NCBI RefSeq assembly: GCF_002105155.1
Contig: NW_019028990.1
Coordinates: 434,001 to 498,000 of the forward strand
Direction: 5' to 3'
Origin: Lobosporangium transversale
Taxonomy: Eukaryota
DNA: 64,000 nt
Below, in pieces: positions 37,978-51,697 of this stretch. The first letter of the stretch is position 1. Each line of letters starts with the position of its first letter. The position numbers and the translations under genes are program-made. A model generated the notes under the pieces. The model saw only the letters and a list, made by a program, of their open reading frames with translations. It made no database searches and was not told the origin of the DNA.

Positions 37978-39604
37978 TTACTTGGTGACACGGTCAACAA
38001 CACCCTTGCCAATGATCAGTCTCTGGACTTGAGATGTGCCCTCATAGATTTGGAAGATCTTGGAGTCTCTGTAAAGCTTCTCGACAGGATATTCAGTGTT
38101 GAATCCTGCACCTCCAAAGACCTGGACAGCATCGCAAGCAGACTTGACAGCGACATCTGAGGCAAGAGCCTTGGCAATCGAGGCCTCCCAAGTGTTGCGA
38201 TGACCATTGTCCTTGAGCCAAGCAGCCTTCCAGACCATGTTACGGGCAGCTTCAATACCAATAGCCATATCTGCAATCATAAAGCTCACAGCCTGATGGT
38301 CAATGATAGCCTTGCCCATTGTCTTGCGATCGACAGCGTACTTGGTAGCCTCGACCATGGCACGGCGTGCAAGACCAACTGCACCAGCAGCGACGAGAGG
38401 GCGTGTGATATCGAAAGCTCCCATGGCAATCTTGAATCCCTGACCAACAGCTCCCAAGCTAAGATCATAGTCACAAACATTTGAGATGGAAGAGATTTTA
38501 GAGTTGGATCACGACTGCTCCACAAAATGAGATATTGCAATGATCACATGTTATTTTGAAAACATAAAAATAAAAGACCTACACGTTCTCATGAGGGACT
38601 TCAACATCCTCAAAGGTGATTCCACGGGTATCACTGGCACGTTGACCCATGTTCTGCTCCTTACGACCGACAGTAATGCCCTTGGAGTTACCATCGACAA
38701 TAAAGCCAGTGAATGCACTGCCAGCCTTGGCGTTAGCATCAGTCTAATCGAAGAGGGAAAAAAAAAAAAAAAAAAAAAAAAAACGATTAAAAAAATATCC
38801 GGGGTAAATCAAACAGATCCAACAACGGGAGGAGACCGTTCTCAGATATGACTGGGTGACTAAGCGCTCTCCTTTTTTTTTTTTTCCTGAAATACAAACA
38901 AGCTTTCTTCTTTGTATTCCCTTTGTGTATTCAATGTGTTCTATGCTCCGTGGACATTCTTCCCATTGTAAGCAGATTTTTTTCTTTACCTTGGCAAGAA
39001 CAAAGTACCAATTGGCCTTTCCTCCATTGGTAATCCACATCTTTTGTCCATTAATGACCCACTTGTCTCCCTTCTTGACAGCCTTAGTTTGCAATCCAGC
39101 CACGTCTGATCCTGCGCCTGGTTCAGTAACACAATAGGCAGCCATGAGAGGCTCCTCTGTCATTCTTCCCAAGTACTTCTTCTTCTGTTCATCGCTAGCG
39201 GCGACCATGAGAGGAGCCTCAGCCAAACCGTTGGCCTCAATAGCTGTCTGGATACCAGAGCATCCATAAGCCAGCTCCTCGGAAACCAAAGCACCATCAA
39301 ACACACCGAGGCCAAGACCACCGTAGGCTTGAGGAATGTGAGTGTTCACAAGTCCGAGTTCCCATGCCTTGCGGATCAACTCAGTAGGATATTCGCCTGT
39401 ACGATCGTGATGAGCTGCAACAGGGATGATCTCATCCTCAGTGAACTTGCGAGCGAGTTCCTGAATGGCGCGCTGATCATCATTGAGAGCAAAAGAGATG
39501 TTGTGTTGGGCCATTGAGGTCGAGAACGAGCGAGCAGCCATCATCTGGGCAGGGGCCTTGATGGCGGCAACACGACGGATAGCGGAAGAAGCAGAGCGAA
39601 GCAT
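37978..39604 (-). CDS. ACADM: Medium-chain acyl-CoA dehydrogenase, mitochondrial; exons 39604-38990, 38743-38583, 38458-37978
   Basis: [43 protein letters not shown]; Arg/Ser/Ala-rich presequence. Confidence 0.93.
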
Positions 39605-39909
39605 TCTGTATAATGTATGATATTTGGTAGGAATGGAGACAAGAGGACAAGGATAAAAAAGAAAAAGAAAGAAAAAAGTGAAGTGAAGAGAGGAATACAA
39701 TGAATAAATGGAGTCGTAAAGTTTTTGCATGTCATTGCCGTTGTCGTGTTCTGTTCCCTGAAAAGGACACGTGAAAATAGATCTTTGAGCTTTAAGTTTT
39801 AAGTTTTGCACGTGAGGGCCTATAAGTAAACCGGCCCTTAAGACTTCCAAATATACCATAGACTTGTTTTGTTTTTGTTTTATTTTTTTTTTTTCTCTTT
39901 ACTTTTTTC

Positions 39910-40260
39910 TTTGACCAGGAGACCACACGCAGAATCGCACATTGAAGCAACACAAATCTACGATGAGGCTGTTTGTTAAACAGACCTCAACCGAAACATA
40001 ATTGCAATGCTTTAGGGAAAGTCCCCGGACCTCATGGTAGAAAGTATCACCAATAATGACTGGTCTGTCTGAGTCGCGAGAGATTTGATCGTTTTGATCG
40101 GGCTGAGATCGCTTTCTCTGATTGCGAGATGCTCCTCAACGATCTGATTTCGTGGTTCAGTGATTGTCATCATGTTACAGTTATGCGATTGTGGTTGTCC
40201 TTCATAAGATGATCATAACTCAACGGGGCTCACTCGCGACGTGGTCTCCTTGGTCAAAGA
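39910..40260 (+). ncRNA. RMRP: RNase MRP RNA
   Basis: CR-I GGGAAAGTCCCC (40015-40026) pairs with CR-V ACTCAACGGGGCTCA (P4). P8 GGTA-GAAAG-TATC has the GARAR loop. P1 GACCAGGAGACCAC/GTGGTCTCCTTGGTC; P2 AATCGCA/TGCGATT preceded by ACAGTTA (CR-IV). T6 run just downstream. Confidence 0.9.
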
Positions 40261-40324
40261 AAAAACTTTTTTATTATTATTACTATTATTATTATATTAT
40301 TACAATTGTATTTATAATTAAACT

Positions 40325-40360
40325 GCAATAGGGCAATAGGGCAATAGGGCAATAGGGCAA
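40325..40360. repeat. (GCAATAGG)n tandem repeat
   Basis: About 4.5 tandem 8-bp units. Confidence 0.85.
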
Positions 40361-41337
40361 TGGGATGAAGTCTGAGTAGATAGACTAGGAAGAGATGAGG
40401 TGAGATGAGATGAACTGGGATGAATTGAGGTCAACTGAGGTGAACTCAGGTGGGTTGGGACGGGAAATACTAGAAGAATAAGAGGGTTGCTGGATGGAGT
40501 ATCAAAGGGGAAACTAATAAATAAACACATGCCAAGCAATAGTTGAGTGCGAACCAGAATATACCGATAAACATAAACTTGCAAAATGCTTTGTGAACAA
40601 CTTGCCTAAATGAAACGTCAAGAGGATCCAAGCTCTAAACACCGCTAGATCCTTTTTGCATAGCTTTCTATATTAATCCATGTTCCTGGATGCTTCAAGG
40701 CTAAAGAAAAGAGAGAGGAGCAGCGTTCCATCGTATACAAAATGTGTTTAAATGATTGACTCATTTCAACCTGAAATCAAGTGTCATTACGGCATTGCGC
40801 AAACTTGATAATTAGAAGCCGAGGCTAGTAATACTAAAATAAGACTAGTTATCGTTTGTTAATCAGACGATGGAGATATAAAAATAATAAACAACCATAC
40901 ATGTATTAAAAATGTACCTTGAAGCATGATGACAATGACCAAGAATGCCGAAGTATGAATGCTAAAAAAAAAAAAAAAAAAAAGAAAGAGAGGGATGAGG
41001 TTTTTACCATACCGCTGACCCCTCCATGTGAATCATGGCTCTCATGGCTCTCGCAATGTTCAACGCGCCTGTATTCCGAATATAGAAATAAGGAACATGG
41101 TTTGTCCAACTGGTCCTTTGCATTGCATTGTCCGACCTGCATGTTCAACTTTTTATTCCCGGGATATTCTCCCTTGCTCCTTCCGATGACGCTATTGTGC
41201 TCATTTTAAATGATTTTTTATATCCTTTAAAAAAAAAAAAAAACTTCAGTGGTTTAAATGAAAGAGCATGTTCAGCGTTGACCATTATTAAGAACATCGA
41301 CTTTTATGACTCTTCCTGTACAATTACCACGACTGCT

Positions 41338-41372
<35 letters not shown>

Positions 41373-42632
41373 TCGATATGCACACCCGCTATGATGCTGT
41401 TCGACCTTTATGACGATGATCAAAATCTTCATTAATTGCGGCTGAAAATGTTGCCGCAGGCATATATACTTTCATTGAGCTTGCGCAATAATAAATATTA
41501 TAAAGAACATACACGTTTCATTACAGAAGGCGAAGTCAAGAAGGAACAAAGTTGATTCCATCTTTGAGCCTCTCTTTGATGCCCTTTTTTACTATTTAGT
41601 GTTATTGTGACGGGCTGCGGCGGAATGAAAAAAAAAAAAAAAAAAAAAAAAAGCGCCCCTACATGTCAGGGTCAATGACAGGCTCTCTGGGTTTCCAAGT
41701 TATTCATATTCCTTATCGGTCCATTGCAAGCCCTTGCGCTTTTGTCATCGCTCATTAACACTATTTTCCAGCCTTCAGGAGATAGAGAGTGGGTGAATAA
41801 CAATGTCGGCTTTATTAACGAACTAAAGTCGCTGATGGCACATGGATAGTCTCTTTTCTGTATTCATTCACGCATTCCCATATTTTCATGGCTAAAACTT
41901 CTTTCTCCTAAAAAAAAAGGTCAATGCCCTCTTACTCCTTGATCTGTAGTGGTCACAGTCAATGCAAAATCCACCATCATTTTGAATTTTTTTCCTTTGG
42001 ATGGTCAACAGATAAGCATTCAATATGGATAAGTTTTTACGTTTGGATGCATGATTATTTCGCTCTTCTCATATCGGGTCCCTGCTCACAATAGTTTTTT
42101 GAGTGCACATGTAGACAAACTGAGTTGCCGCCAGAGAGCCATGCTCTATGAAAAAATAAATAAAACAAACCTCTATTTAGTGTAAGGATCGCCTTATTTT
42201 GGTGTTTGTTACATGCAGCAAAGCAGGGGCACAAGACATACAAGGCTATAATGGCGAATACAGTCCGCCTCTTCTCTTTTTCCATCGGTCCATCAGATCC
42301 AAACATGCAAATATGCATCTTATTTATTCATTAAATATAGACATACTATTGATTTCATTTCAAAAAGAAATATACATCTTTACTTCCTGGTATGTTGCAT
42401 CGCCTCCAGCCGATGGTTTTGAGGTCGAACGTATTTAAGTATGGAGATCTTTTTTTTTTCATTTTTTCTCTTTCATCTTTATCCTCTTTTCTTTTTCTTC
42501 ATCACTTGTCTATATCAGACGCTAATAAAGCCAGTCCTCGCTCCTTGAAACACCGCCTAAACACTTGATATTTACACCTCCACTATCTCTATCAACCCAA
42601 ATCTTTCTTTTTATATAGTTACTATACCAATC

Positions 42633-44198
42633 ATGGGATATTCTTTTGATATCGAACTTGATACTGAGCAGCCTTTTATCATTGAGCTCGACAATGAAGA
42701 GTACAGCACACAGACAATCAGTGGTGTCCTGTCCTTGCAACTTTCCCGTGCAGAATCATTCAAGACTGCCACGGTTGCTATTCATGGCCACAGTAAGGCG
42801 AACAAAGTCTCAATACTATAGTAAATGCTTTTCCCTCCTCGTTCGATGTCACTTGATCTTACAATATGTCATATCATTATTGGTCTTTTATTTGTATAGT
42901 CGGGGCTATGCTAAACATCGATACACCTGCACAAGGGCTTATTCGTGAGACATTAATCTCCTCAGAGGTTGATTTGGTCGCTGCAAACGACACAGATGGC
43001 CGTGGAGTGATCCGGTTAGAGGAAGGCCAACAATATATCCCTTTCCGAATTGATATTCCTCAACCTGGAAAACTACCACCGACATTAATCAACAAACTGG
43101 ATACGCCTTATATCGACTGGAAATATGAGATCCATGCCACATTACGCCGCGATTATTTCTTCTCATCGACTCGTGTTGTCAAACATGATTTGATCTTACG
43201 TCGGCCGATTGAACCAGCCTGTGATAGCAATCTGACCACATCCATGGATCGTCCTGGACAGTATCGCAGTAAATTGACTGTTCCTGGTAGAATTGTCTTG
43301 GGACAGGATCGATTGTTGGCAAAGGCTGAGATGAAGGCAAGAAACAAGGAGTTCATGATCAAGGACGTCGACTGTGCGGTCGTGCAGATTGAAGATATTG
43401 ACTATGTTACAAGGAGAGGTCATGAAGTCGAGAATGCGTAAGTTGTCTTTCTCTTTAATGTCATTTGGTCTGTTCATAGTTGTTTTTCCGCTATTGCCTC
43501 TTCTTTCAAGAAAAAAAGACGTCATCTCGTTCAGTTTGAGATGGGAATCCTGCATGAGAACAGCATAAAAATCACCCCTGTGTGTGTCTTGTCCCACATA
43601 CAAACGCTCAGGCACACAAACAAACACAGGGCTTTTTTTTTTTTCCGTTTTGTACTTTAGTCTTGTGAGCTGGGAGAAGCAAATTTTAGACTCCCAATGA
43701 CCCAAATCTGCCAAATTGGGATTGTCTCACACAGCTCTTTGTACACAATCACGTTTTTAACCTTTTTTTTATTTTTTATTTTTTATTTTTTATAGGAACG
43801 TACCTGGTGCTCATTGCACAGTCAAGTCATCCCGTCTAGTTTCATCCATTGTTTGTGTAGCAAATGAAGAGAATGATATGGATTTCGGTCGCTTTTCGCC
43901 TATTGAATTTGATCTCCGGCTCGATAATGACCAATTGATCCCAACAGAACATGGTCTAGGATGGCTCAACATTTCACATGTACTTCGTTTCACTCTCAAC
44001 TTCATGGATGTCAACCAGCCAGCCCTCATCACAGAAGTTCCTTTGTTTGTAGGCAACGAAGTCATCTCCAAGACTTGCTGTCCTGCAATCAGACCTCAAG
44101 ACTCATCTGCACGATTGATTAGTTCCTTGAAAATTGATGGGGCAGAAGATCATCACTTGCATGGATCCAAGGAATCAACGCCAGAGCCTGAGGATTAA
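42633..44198 (+). CDS. Arrestin-fold protein; exons 42633-42792, 42900-43437, 43796-44198
   Basis: ISGVLSLQL, IPFRIDIP...LPPT, WKYEIHATL, ISHVLRFTL...EVPL; exons join in frame. Confidence 0.8.
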
Positions 44199-44329
44199 AA
44201 AAAAAATGGATAGTGTCATTTTTTTTTTCCTAGTGTGTTTTCACATTTAAAAGTTACCCATTTCACCTTAATAAAAAGTCTTTAATATTCTTAATATGTA
44301 AAGGACTATTTATTTTATTTATCATGTCT

Positions 44330-45160
44330 ATGGCTGGAGATGGTATGGGGGTATTGGGTCCAAGTGAAATTGTGAAGCGTCAAGCGACAGCCCCCGCTAG
44401 CCTGCTTTACTTCGGTCTAATGAGTTTGTTTCCTTCTCCAAACAGCTCAAACAGATCAAGCACTTTCCATCTTATTCGATCCGCCGTGTTTGCCCGACCT
44501 TCCTCTACTTTTCATTACTTGTACTTCACCAATAACTCCATTTAGTTTCCTTTCCTTTGGTCCATTGAGCTTTTTACTCCTCCCTCATCATCAGCAGCTC
44601 GAGTACTTCTTCTTTTTGTTGGTTCGCTACCTTGGTCTGCTATTCTCATTTCTTTGACTTCTAACACTTTTTGACCTATTGATCTTTTTTCCCCGGTTGA
44701 GTTCGAAGCTTCTCCTGTTCTGTACCAAGCCCACTCGAGATCTTCAAGGCAGGGATTTGCTCTGAGAAAAACCACATACATTTTTGAAAAAACGCCCGAT
44801 ATACTCATCAGTCCATGACATGATAAAAAAGCGATAGAAGTGGCTGGGTAACCGTGAGGTCATCTCACTTGAACCAAAGTCCCTCCTACAATATCAAACC
44901 CAAGTTCTACACCTTGTCCAAAGCAAGTAAGGGTTTAGGGCCCCTTTGATACTGCTTTGAGAGGACCCTGGATAGACTGAATCGGGCTTATAGAGGCTTA
45001 TAGGAAAAAAAGGAAAAGGATGTCATCAATTAAGTTTGTCAAGCGTTAAAAGGCACGAGAAACGGATCTGTCCTGGATCCACTCCCAAGGACCTGGACAG
45101 ACTTGGAGCAGTATCCATTGGCTAAGGACCATTATACCTTTGGGTGAGCTCAGATAACGT
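44330..45160 (-). pseudogene. Old CRN-like relic
   Basis: 44950-45150 resembles 3550-3780 (SQWILLQVCP vs SQWMLLQVCP; aggaccctggatagactg vs aggaccctgattagattg); left boundary uncertain. Confidence 0.55.
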
Positions 45161-45226
45161 GATAGGATAGACACACGAGCATGAGGCAGGCAGTAGGCCA
45201 TCGATATAGCAATGCTGTTGCTTAAT

Positions 45227-45385
45227 CAGTGATCAAGCTTTTATCGATACTCGAGATTCTAGAATAAATGCGAATGATGTCTGAGGTAGCAGCAGTGCAT
45301 GGCAGAGCACTTGGTTAAGCAAGTTGAAAATTTTAATAAATTTTAACAAGCATGCTGAAAAATCGAACCAGCATGCTCGAAAAAA
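45227..45385. mobile_element. hAT/MITE end fragment homologous to the TIR module of the 51698-55612 element
   Basis: Begins CAGTGATCAAGCT; aligns with 55334-55505 at roughly 90% identity by eye. Confidence 0.88.
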
Positions 45386-45404
45386 GGACCGAATTAATCT
45401 ATAA

Positions 45405-48400
45405 TGGATTATGCACAATCACCAACAATCCAAATCCTTATTTAAATTCACATCCATACGCATTCATTCATATTTAAATATACATATATATATATATATA
45501 TACACTCACTTACTCTTTTCTCTCTTTCACTTACTCTCTCTCTCTTTTTACAATTAGTTGGATGTATCAATTGCCAATATTCATAGCTTTGGACAGCAAG
45601 AGATAAAAAAAGAGCAAAATAAACGAGCGCACCTGTTGGATCATTGATCGCTCCGTTGTTCTTTTTCATTTTATCGTTGCCTTAAATAAACGTCTCCAAT
45701 TATATTGCATAGCCAGCCTGAGGACGAAGTTCACGTGCACATGCACGTACTCAAAGGCAAATGTGGCTTGCTCTTGCAGACACTTCTCTCTCAGGCTGGG
45801 GACCAAGCTTGACATTTTGGCTGGAGGTCTCTTTTTTTAAATTTGAAAAAGTTTCCAAGTCGAAAACACGCCGCAGGAAAGGCTCTTTTTTCTGCCATTC
45901 TCGCTGCAGAAAATGGCTTTTTTTTTTTTTCAAAGTCCAGACTAGGATATTGATTTGATCGAGAACGAACGAGGAATGAGAAAAAAGAATGGTATATTTC
46001 GCGTAAAAAGAGTCATCATGCTCTAATTAATCAATTATTTACCTTTAATTAAGATAGTGTGCTTAATAAGGTCAGAGAGATGGAAACGAGGATTGTGGAG
46101 TAGATCAAATGTTAGAATAATAAAATGTTAGAATAATAGATGGCAATGCAGATGATGGAAACAAGAGACGATTGGTAAAAATGAGGCTAGTGATTTGGGT
46201 GTGTGTGTAGGACCGTTTAAAAAGCGCCATCCGTTTGTCAAAAGGGCAAGTGGATAGTGATGGCTTCGTTCATAAAGGATGAACGATTGTAAAGGATACT
46301 CAATAGATGTGGTATTTTCATTACAGACAAAATTCCTTTCACTTGATTGACATTCGACTCTTTTCTTCATGCTTGAACCTCGGCGATCCTCCTGCATATG
46401 CGGTATTGATGCGAGTTTTTATGACATGCTGTCCCGCATGTTTTAAATATCTAGGTGTTGCCTTAACACTCTGATCGTTGTTGATAACGAGCTCCTAAAC
46501 TTTAAGCTTGACGTGTATGTCGCCTGGGACCATGGAACGGAGGAATGTGATATTGTCACTTTTCTCCGAGGTTTGATCGGTTTCTCTTCAAGCATGATCC
46601 AGTAAACATTATCAATCATCTCCTTGAATGATGCTTGCTTGATCGGATGCTCCTCTGATGTTACCTGGAATGGCTTGTCGGGCCCCAACACACAACTTAT
46701 GGGTGGAAAGATAGGAATAGACAATAGAAACAACTTGCCACTTGCTTGAGAAAATTCTGATGCAGCTGCGGCAATCCGCTTGGTGTGGTCACTTCTCCTT
46801 GCTCAGGTTTATTGAATAGCGATATTTTAATTTATCTATTAGTGCTATATTACAAAACTGTGTCTGTGCCATTGTCATAAACAATGGCGAGTAAAAAGAA
46901 GTAAAAGAAGCGATCGCTACTTTTTCCTTGGTCCCTTATCCCTGCTTGACCTATTGGGCTTGTCGTCCTCCGCTTGCACTTTTTCTTTTATTTGATCCGC
47001 TGGGTTTGCTCAGCTCTTCCTTATTTTCCATAGCTGTAGCTTTATCGACAATTCACTTGATGTCCTCCTTGCCTGTGGTTCTTTGGGCTTGCTTCCTTCT
47101 CCCTCATCCCCCACAACTCGGGTCAATTCTGACTTCTTGAAGGACTCCCTTGCACTTTCAAGGAAGTTCAACAAGCTAATATTGAGTACGTCGTTTCTAT
47201 TCGTTTGTCTTTGATGGTAGGAACTTCTTTGACTTTAGCTAGCGAATAATCACCCTGTTCGTGATAAGACAACATGATAAGGCAGCGTGATAAGTAAGGC
47301 CTAAACAACAGCAACAAGGATATGCCATTCGAGCAAAAAGCCGAGAGAAGACGGTGGTGAGAGGTGTTCTTTGATGCAATTATGGCAAGTTGTATTGTGG
47401 GCATCCTTAATTCTTGACCTTATCGCCGATTTTTGACTGTACGGAACCAGGATAATATTTACCCTCCGATTCCAGTACAAAGACGATATCTGGTCCAGAT
47501 GGGTTCTCTTTTGGAAACAAAAAAGAGCGAGATTAACTTGGATTCATGTATTGAGTCTTTGTTACAGTGAGTATCCAAGAATTCGTTCATTGTTATAATT
47601 CTGGAAGATTGAAATTAACAAAGCGGGACTGAAATACTCAAAATGTGTGCCCTTTGTGCCAGACGTAGGGGAGTCATCGAGAACTTCTCGATATTCCTTG
47701 AAGCTTTGCCAGTTCTCTTAACCCAAGCAGGATCATAAATACAAAAGCCTATCCCGCAAGGAACTATGCAAATTCGTGGTAAATTCTCTGATAAACCCTC
47801 CAATCCATGAAAGAATGCTGATAATATTGGTCGCTTAGTGTCGTTGTTGTTAATACATTGGTATTTAGCCTCCCCATATCCTGCGCCTCGTTCAAAACAA
47901 CCAAAAACATAGAGTTGCTTTGATGCCGCTCCGAAAGGACCCTAATTAGATTGTCGAACCAATCTCGCAGGAGCTTGTCAAGGCAATTAAAGCAAACTCC
48001 ACCAAGTAATTCTGCTACTTTTGTGAAGAACGCTAGGAATAAATCTGTCCTGGATGGAACCGAGTTTCCTCAATGGACTTCTCCAAGGACCTGTGGACAC
48101 ACTTGCAATAGCATCCATTGGCTAGGCGTCATTCTACCTTCGGACAAGTAAAAAGGGTAAATTGGCCGAACATACAACTAATATGATCTCATTGGCCACA
48201 GGTTGCCATCCCGTGCACGCGCACCATGGGGCTAAAACGACATTTATGTCTTTAGAGTGGAGCTGTCATCCTAGCTCCCGGTAAACGTTTTGGCGCCCTG
48301 GATGATGATAGTTGATAGGTCTTCCGCAAGTGGCAAGCATCCAGATGACAAAGCATACGAGAAAGGATAATTTCCTATGCCAGCTGTCCTGGTGATAATA

Positions 48401-51400
48401 ATATGGTTTTGGGTCTCATCATCAGACTCTCACTGGGTTCTCCACAGGATTCTTCATCTCTATCCGTTTTTACAAAACTCTTTGATAATAGTATCACAAA
48501 ATCCTGCCTTTTCTTGCACACAAGATCGCACAATGATCACAGCTTTATAAAGTTCTAAATGCCCCAGTAGAAGGGAGGACGGATTAAACCGCTCTATTTA
48601 TTCGTCTAGAAGGTAAGTGGATAATGATGGCTTCATTCATAAAGGAAGAACCATTGTAAAAAACTCTCAAGGAACGGGTATAATGCTTTTTTTAAAAAAA
48701 GACAAAATTTCATCCACTTGATTGGTATTCGATTTAATTCTCCAGATTCGTACCGGCTGATCCTCCTGAATATGCAGCTTCGATGTCGATTTTTATGACA
48801 CGCTGTCTTACATGTTTCAAGTATCCAGGTATTGCCTTGGCATCCTGACTATCGTTAATAACAAACTTCTGAACCTTAAAATTATCATATATGTAACCTG
48901 GTACCACAAAATAGAGGAAAATAGTATCATCACTTCCCTTCGACTTTGATCGGTCTCCCTTCGACTTTGATTGGTCTCCCTTCAAGCAGGGTCCAGTAAT
49001 ATAATCAATTATCTTCTTGAATGGTGCTTGCTTGATCGGATGCTCCTCTGATACTGTGACCTGAAATAGCTTGTTGGGTCCCCATGCAAAATCAATGCAC
49101 GGAAATTTAGAATGTTCTGGTACAAACAACTTGCCAGCTGCTTTAGTGAGCCCTGATAATTCCTTTGAAGTCCGGATAAACACCTCTTCTGGATTTGCTG
49201 GAAAATCAAGAACTCCTGTTTCACCTGACTGGAGATCCCTAAAGGGAAATCTAATATCACCACGTCGAAATAAGTGATGAGCATAGATCTCAAACAGTGG
49301 GCCTTTATCTATATCCTCTCCGCCTTTGACAAGTCTCGCCAACACATCGACCCAAGTGTTATCTTTTATTTTGTCCATAATCTGTGATTCGACCCAACGA
49401 GATGCCCACACCAGGTAGAAGTCGAGATGGTCAGAAGTGGGGACTCTATGGAGTAAACGACTAAATTCACTCGCTTCTTTTCCCCGTGCAAAGAGCCTTA
49501 GAAGATCTGCTGGTTTCTCGAGTGTTTTAATGGCATTATTGACGCGGAATAACGCAGCCTCTTTAGCACGCTCAGTATTTTTTTGATTTTTGGATAGTAC
49601 ATCGGCTGGACACTGTAAAACCTGTCTTGGCACGCCCCCAAGTAGTAAAAAAGCTCCTCCAAAAATGCTTCACTCACTACATGAAAAAACTTTACATTGG
49701 CTCTACATTCCTTAAGCTCATCCAGACTCCAGAGTGACATGTGATAGTAGCTATCTGGTGTATTTTCCTTGGTGAGTTCATCGTAATGCTCATAGAGAGT
49801 TCTTGGCGATGCTGAAAATATCGTCCTGGCTTTACCTGGTTGAGGATTTTCACCACTATCAACTAAATACCACGTTTCACGTTGGTCAAGGAAATTTTTG
49901 AAATCTACTCTCTCCCCATAACGTTGGCAAGTTGTTCCTCCGTAGGCATAACATTTGGTATTCTGCTTCTCTTGGAAAATAATAATCGGTGGATTTTCCT
50001 CATCGTGTTCGGCAAGGAGGCGGATGGCAAAATAGACCAAAAAGGCTGACTTCCCAATTCCAGGCGTTCCAGTGACAAAGAGTCGGTTCAAACGAGTTAC
50101 TTCATGAGGGGTACTTAATTCGGATGTAATATGGTCATAAAGCTCTTTATACTCATCTCTGATATAAAGATGCCTTGTTTTAGCAATAGGGAAGATACAA
50201 CCCTCAGGAGCAGTCAATATTTTGGAACCCTTGATACCACCAGAATTTCGGAGCTCGCGAGCCACGCTAATAATGCTGTAGTATATACTATCTCTTGATA
50301 ACCCCTCCTCCATGTACGAAAGCAGCTTGACCCTCTCTTTCGAGTTTAGACGCGAGATGGCAGGGCTACCATTCACTATCCCTTTCGTTACAAGCCTTGC
50401 TTCTGTAATCGCATCCATAAGAGGATCTCTACTTATACTTGGACGAGCTTTTTTAGAGGGTGACTCTGATAAAGGAGATAGAGTGATCAAAGTCAATATT
50501 TTTGATTTATTGCATATCACTCTAAAATGATCAATAACTAGATTCTCGGCCAAAAGCACTCACCAGAATCTCCATCTTGTTTTCTTTTCTGAGCTAAGTA
50601 TCAAAAGCGAATAATGAGAAAGAACGTTGAGTTATCAAGACACAAACCAAATGGTGATATTATGCACATGGCCGTTTAAGATACAAACCAAGCTTCATCA
50701 GCTGGAAATATCAACAATCAGTCCATCAAGAGCCAAGGATATACCTCGCTGTGGTGGCTTGACAAAAACATGGATAGTTTTCCTTGGAAGTTCAGAATTA
50801 AGTATCTCCCAAAGCTCCATTGACGCGGGTGCGAGAGCCTCTTTTGACTCGATTTCTGACTCGACGACGGTCTTGTCTTCGTCAGGGATGGAGACCTTGT
50901 AGAGGGTGAGCTGGTCAGCGTCAATATCCTTAAATGCATTGGCTTTCTCTGCTTTGATGGCTTGCTTGAGCATCCCGACCGATTTATCGCAGAAAATCTC
51001 TACTGGGAATGACGTTGCTTCTCCCTCGACAACGCAGTTCAGCTGCAGCAGTGGGATGGCGCGCTTTTTTCGTTGTGGGTGCTGGTTTACTCTTTTTCGT
51101 TTATTGAGTGTGGAGGCATCCTCAGGCTTATTTGCAGTCATTTTTATTTGTGCTTGGCTCTCTGTGGAATCATTTGCAGCCATGTTTTTTTGTGTTGAGC
51201 TCCTTGTGGCGACCATTGAAAATTAAGATGAGTGGAACTGAGTGTGGTTGAAATGCAGGGAGAATGATGGTTAAATAGGCGAAGGTATATTCTTACTCTT
51301 TCACCCGTGGTCACGGTATGGAAACAATAATGAAAAATGTGTAAGGCAAAAAAAAAAAAAAAAAAAAGAAGGAAAGGAAAGGCAATAGATGAAGGCTTGG

Positions 51401-51662
51401 AATAAATAAAAGAGCAAAATTGATGGGAGCAAAACTGGGGTGAAATATGAAAAAAGTGAAAAAAAAAGGGTAAAGGAAGAGGGAGAGAGTGCAAAAATGA
51501 AGTGAAGCAAAGGAAAGAAAGGAAAGAAAGGAGCGACAATTGCAATTGATAAATTTGATCCTTTATTTTAAGGTTAGGCGATGTGTGAGAAAATATTTTT
51601 TTCAAATCAGCCACGTGCCATTTTCTGGGTCATTGTGACGTGAGAATCTTTAGTGCGCAAAG
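45405..51662. repeat. Segmental duplication copy B (CRN cassette)
   Basis: Matches 389-7123; lacks ~692-725 and ~2688-3300 of copy A; has extra sequence near 51380-51545. Confidence 0.97.
48734..51216 (-). pseudogene. CRN paralog with a 1-nt frameshift (pseudogene or homopolymer sequencing error)
   Basis: Same exon structure as 4369-6849; the C6 run at 5270-5275 is C5 at 49635-49639, splitting the ORF. Confidence 0.85.
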
Positions 51663-51697
51663 CAGAGGGTCAAGCTTGTCGAATTCCCTTAGAATTA

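Noticed and set aside
39903..40265. MITE suggested by terminal inverted repeats
   Set aside because: The interior carries RNase MRP consensus motifs; the inverted repeat is explained as the P1 helix and no TSD is evident.
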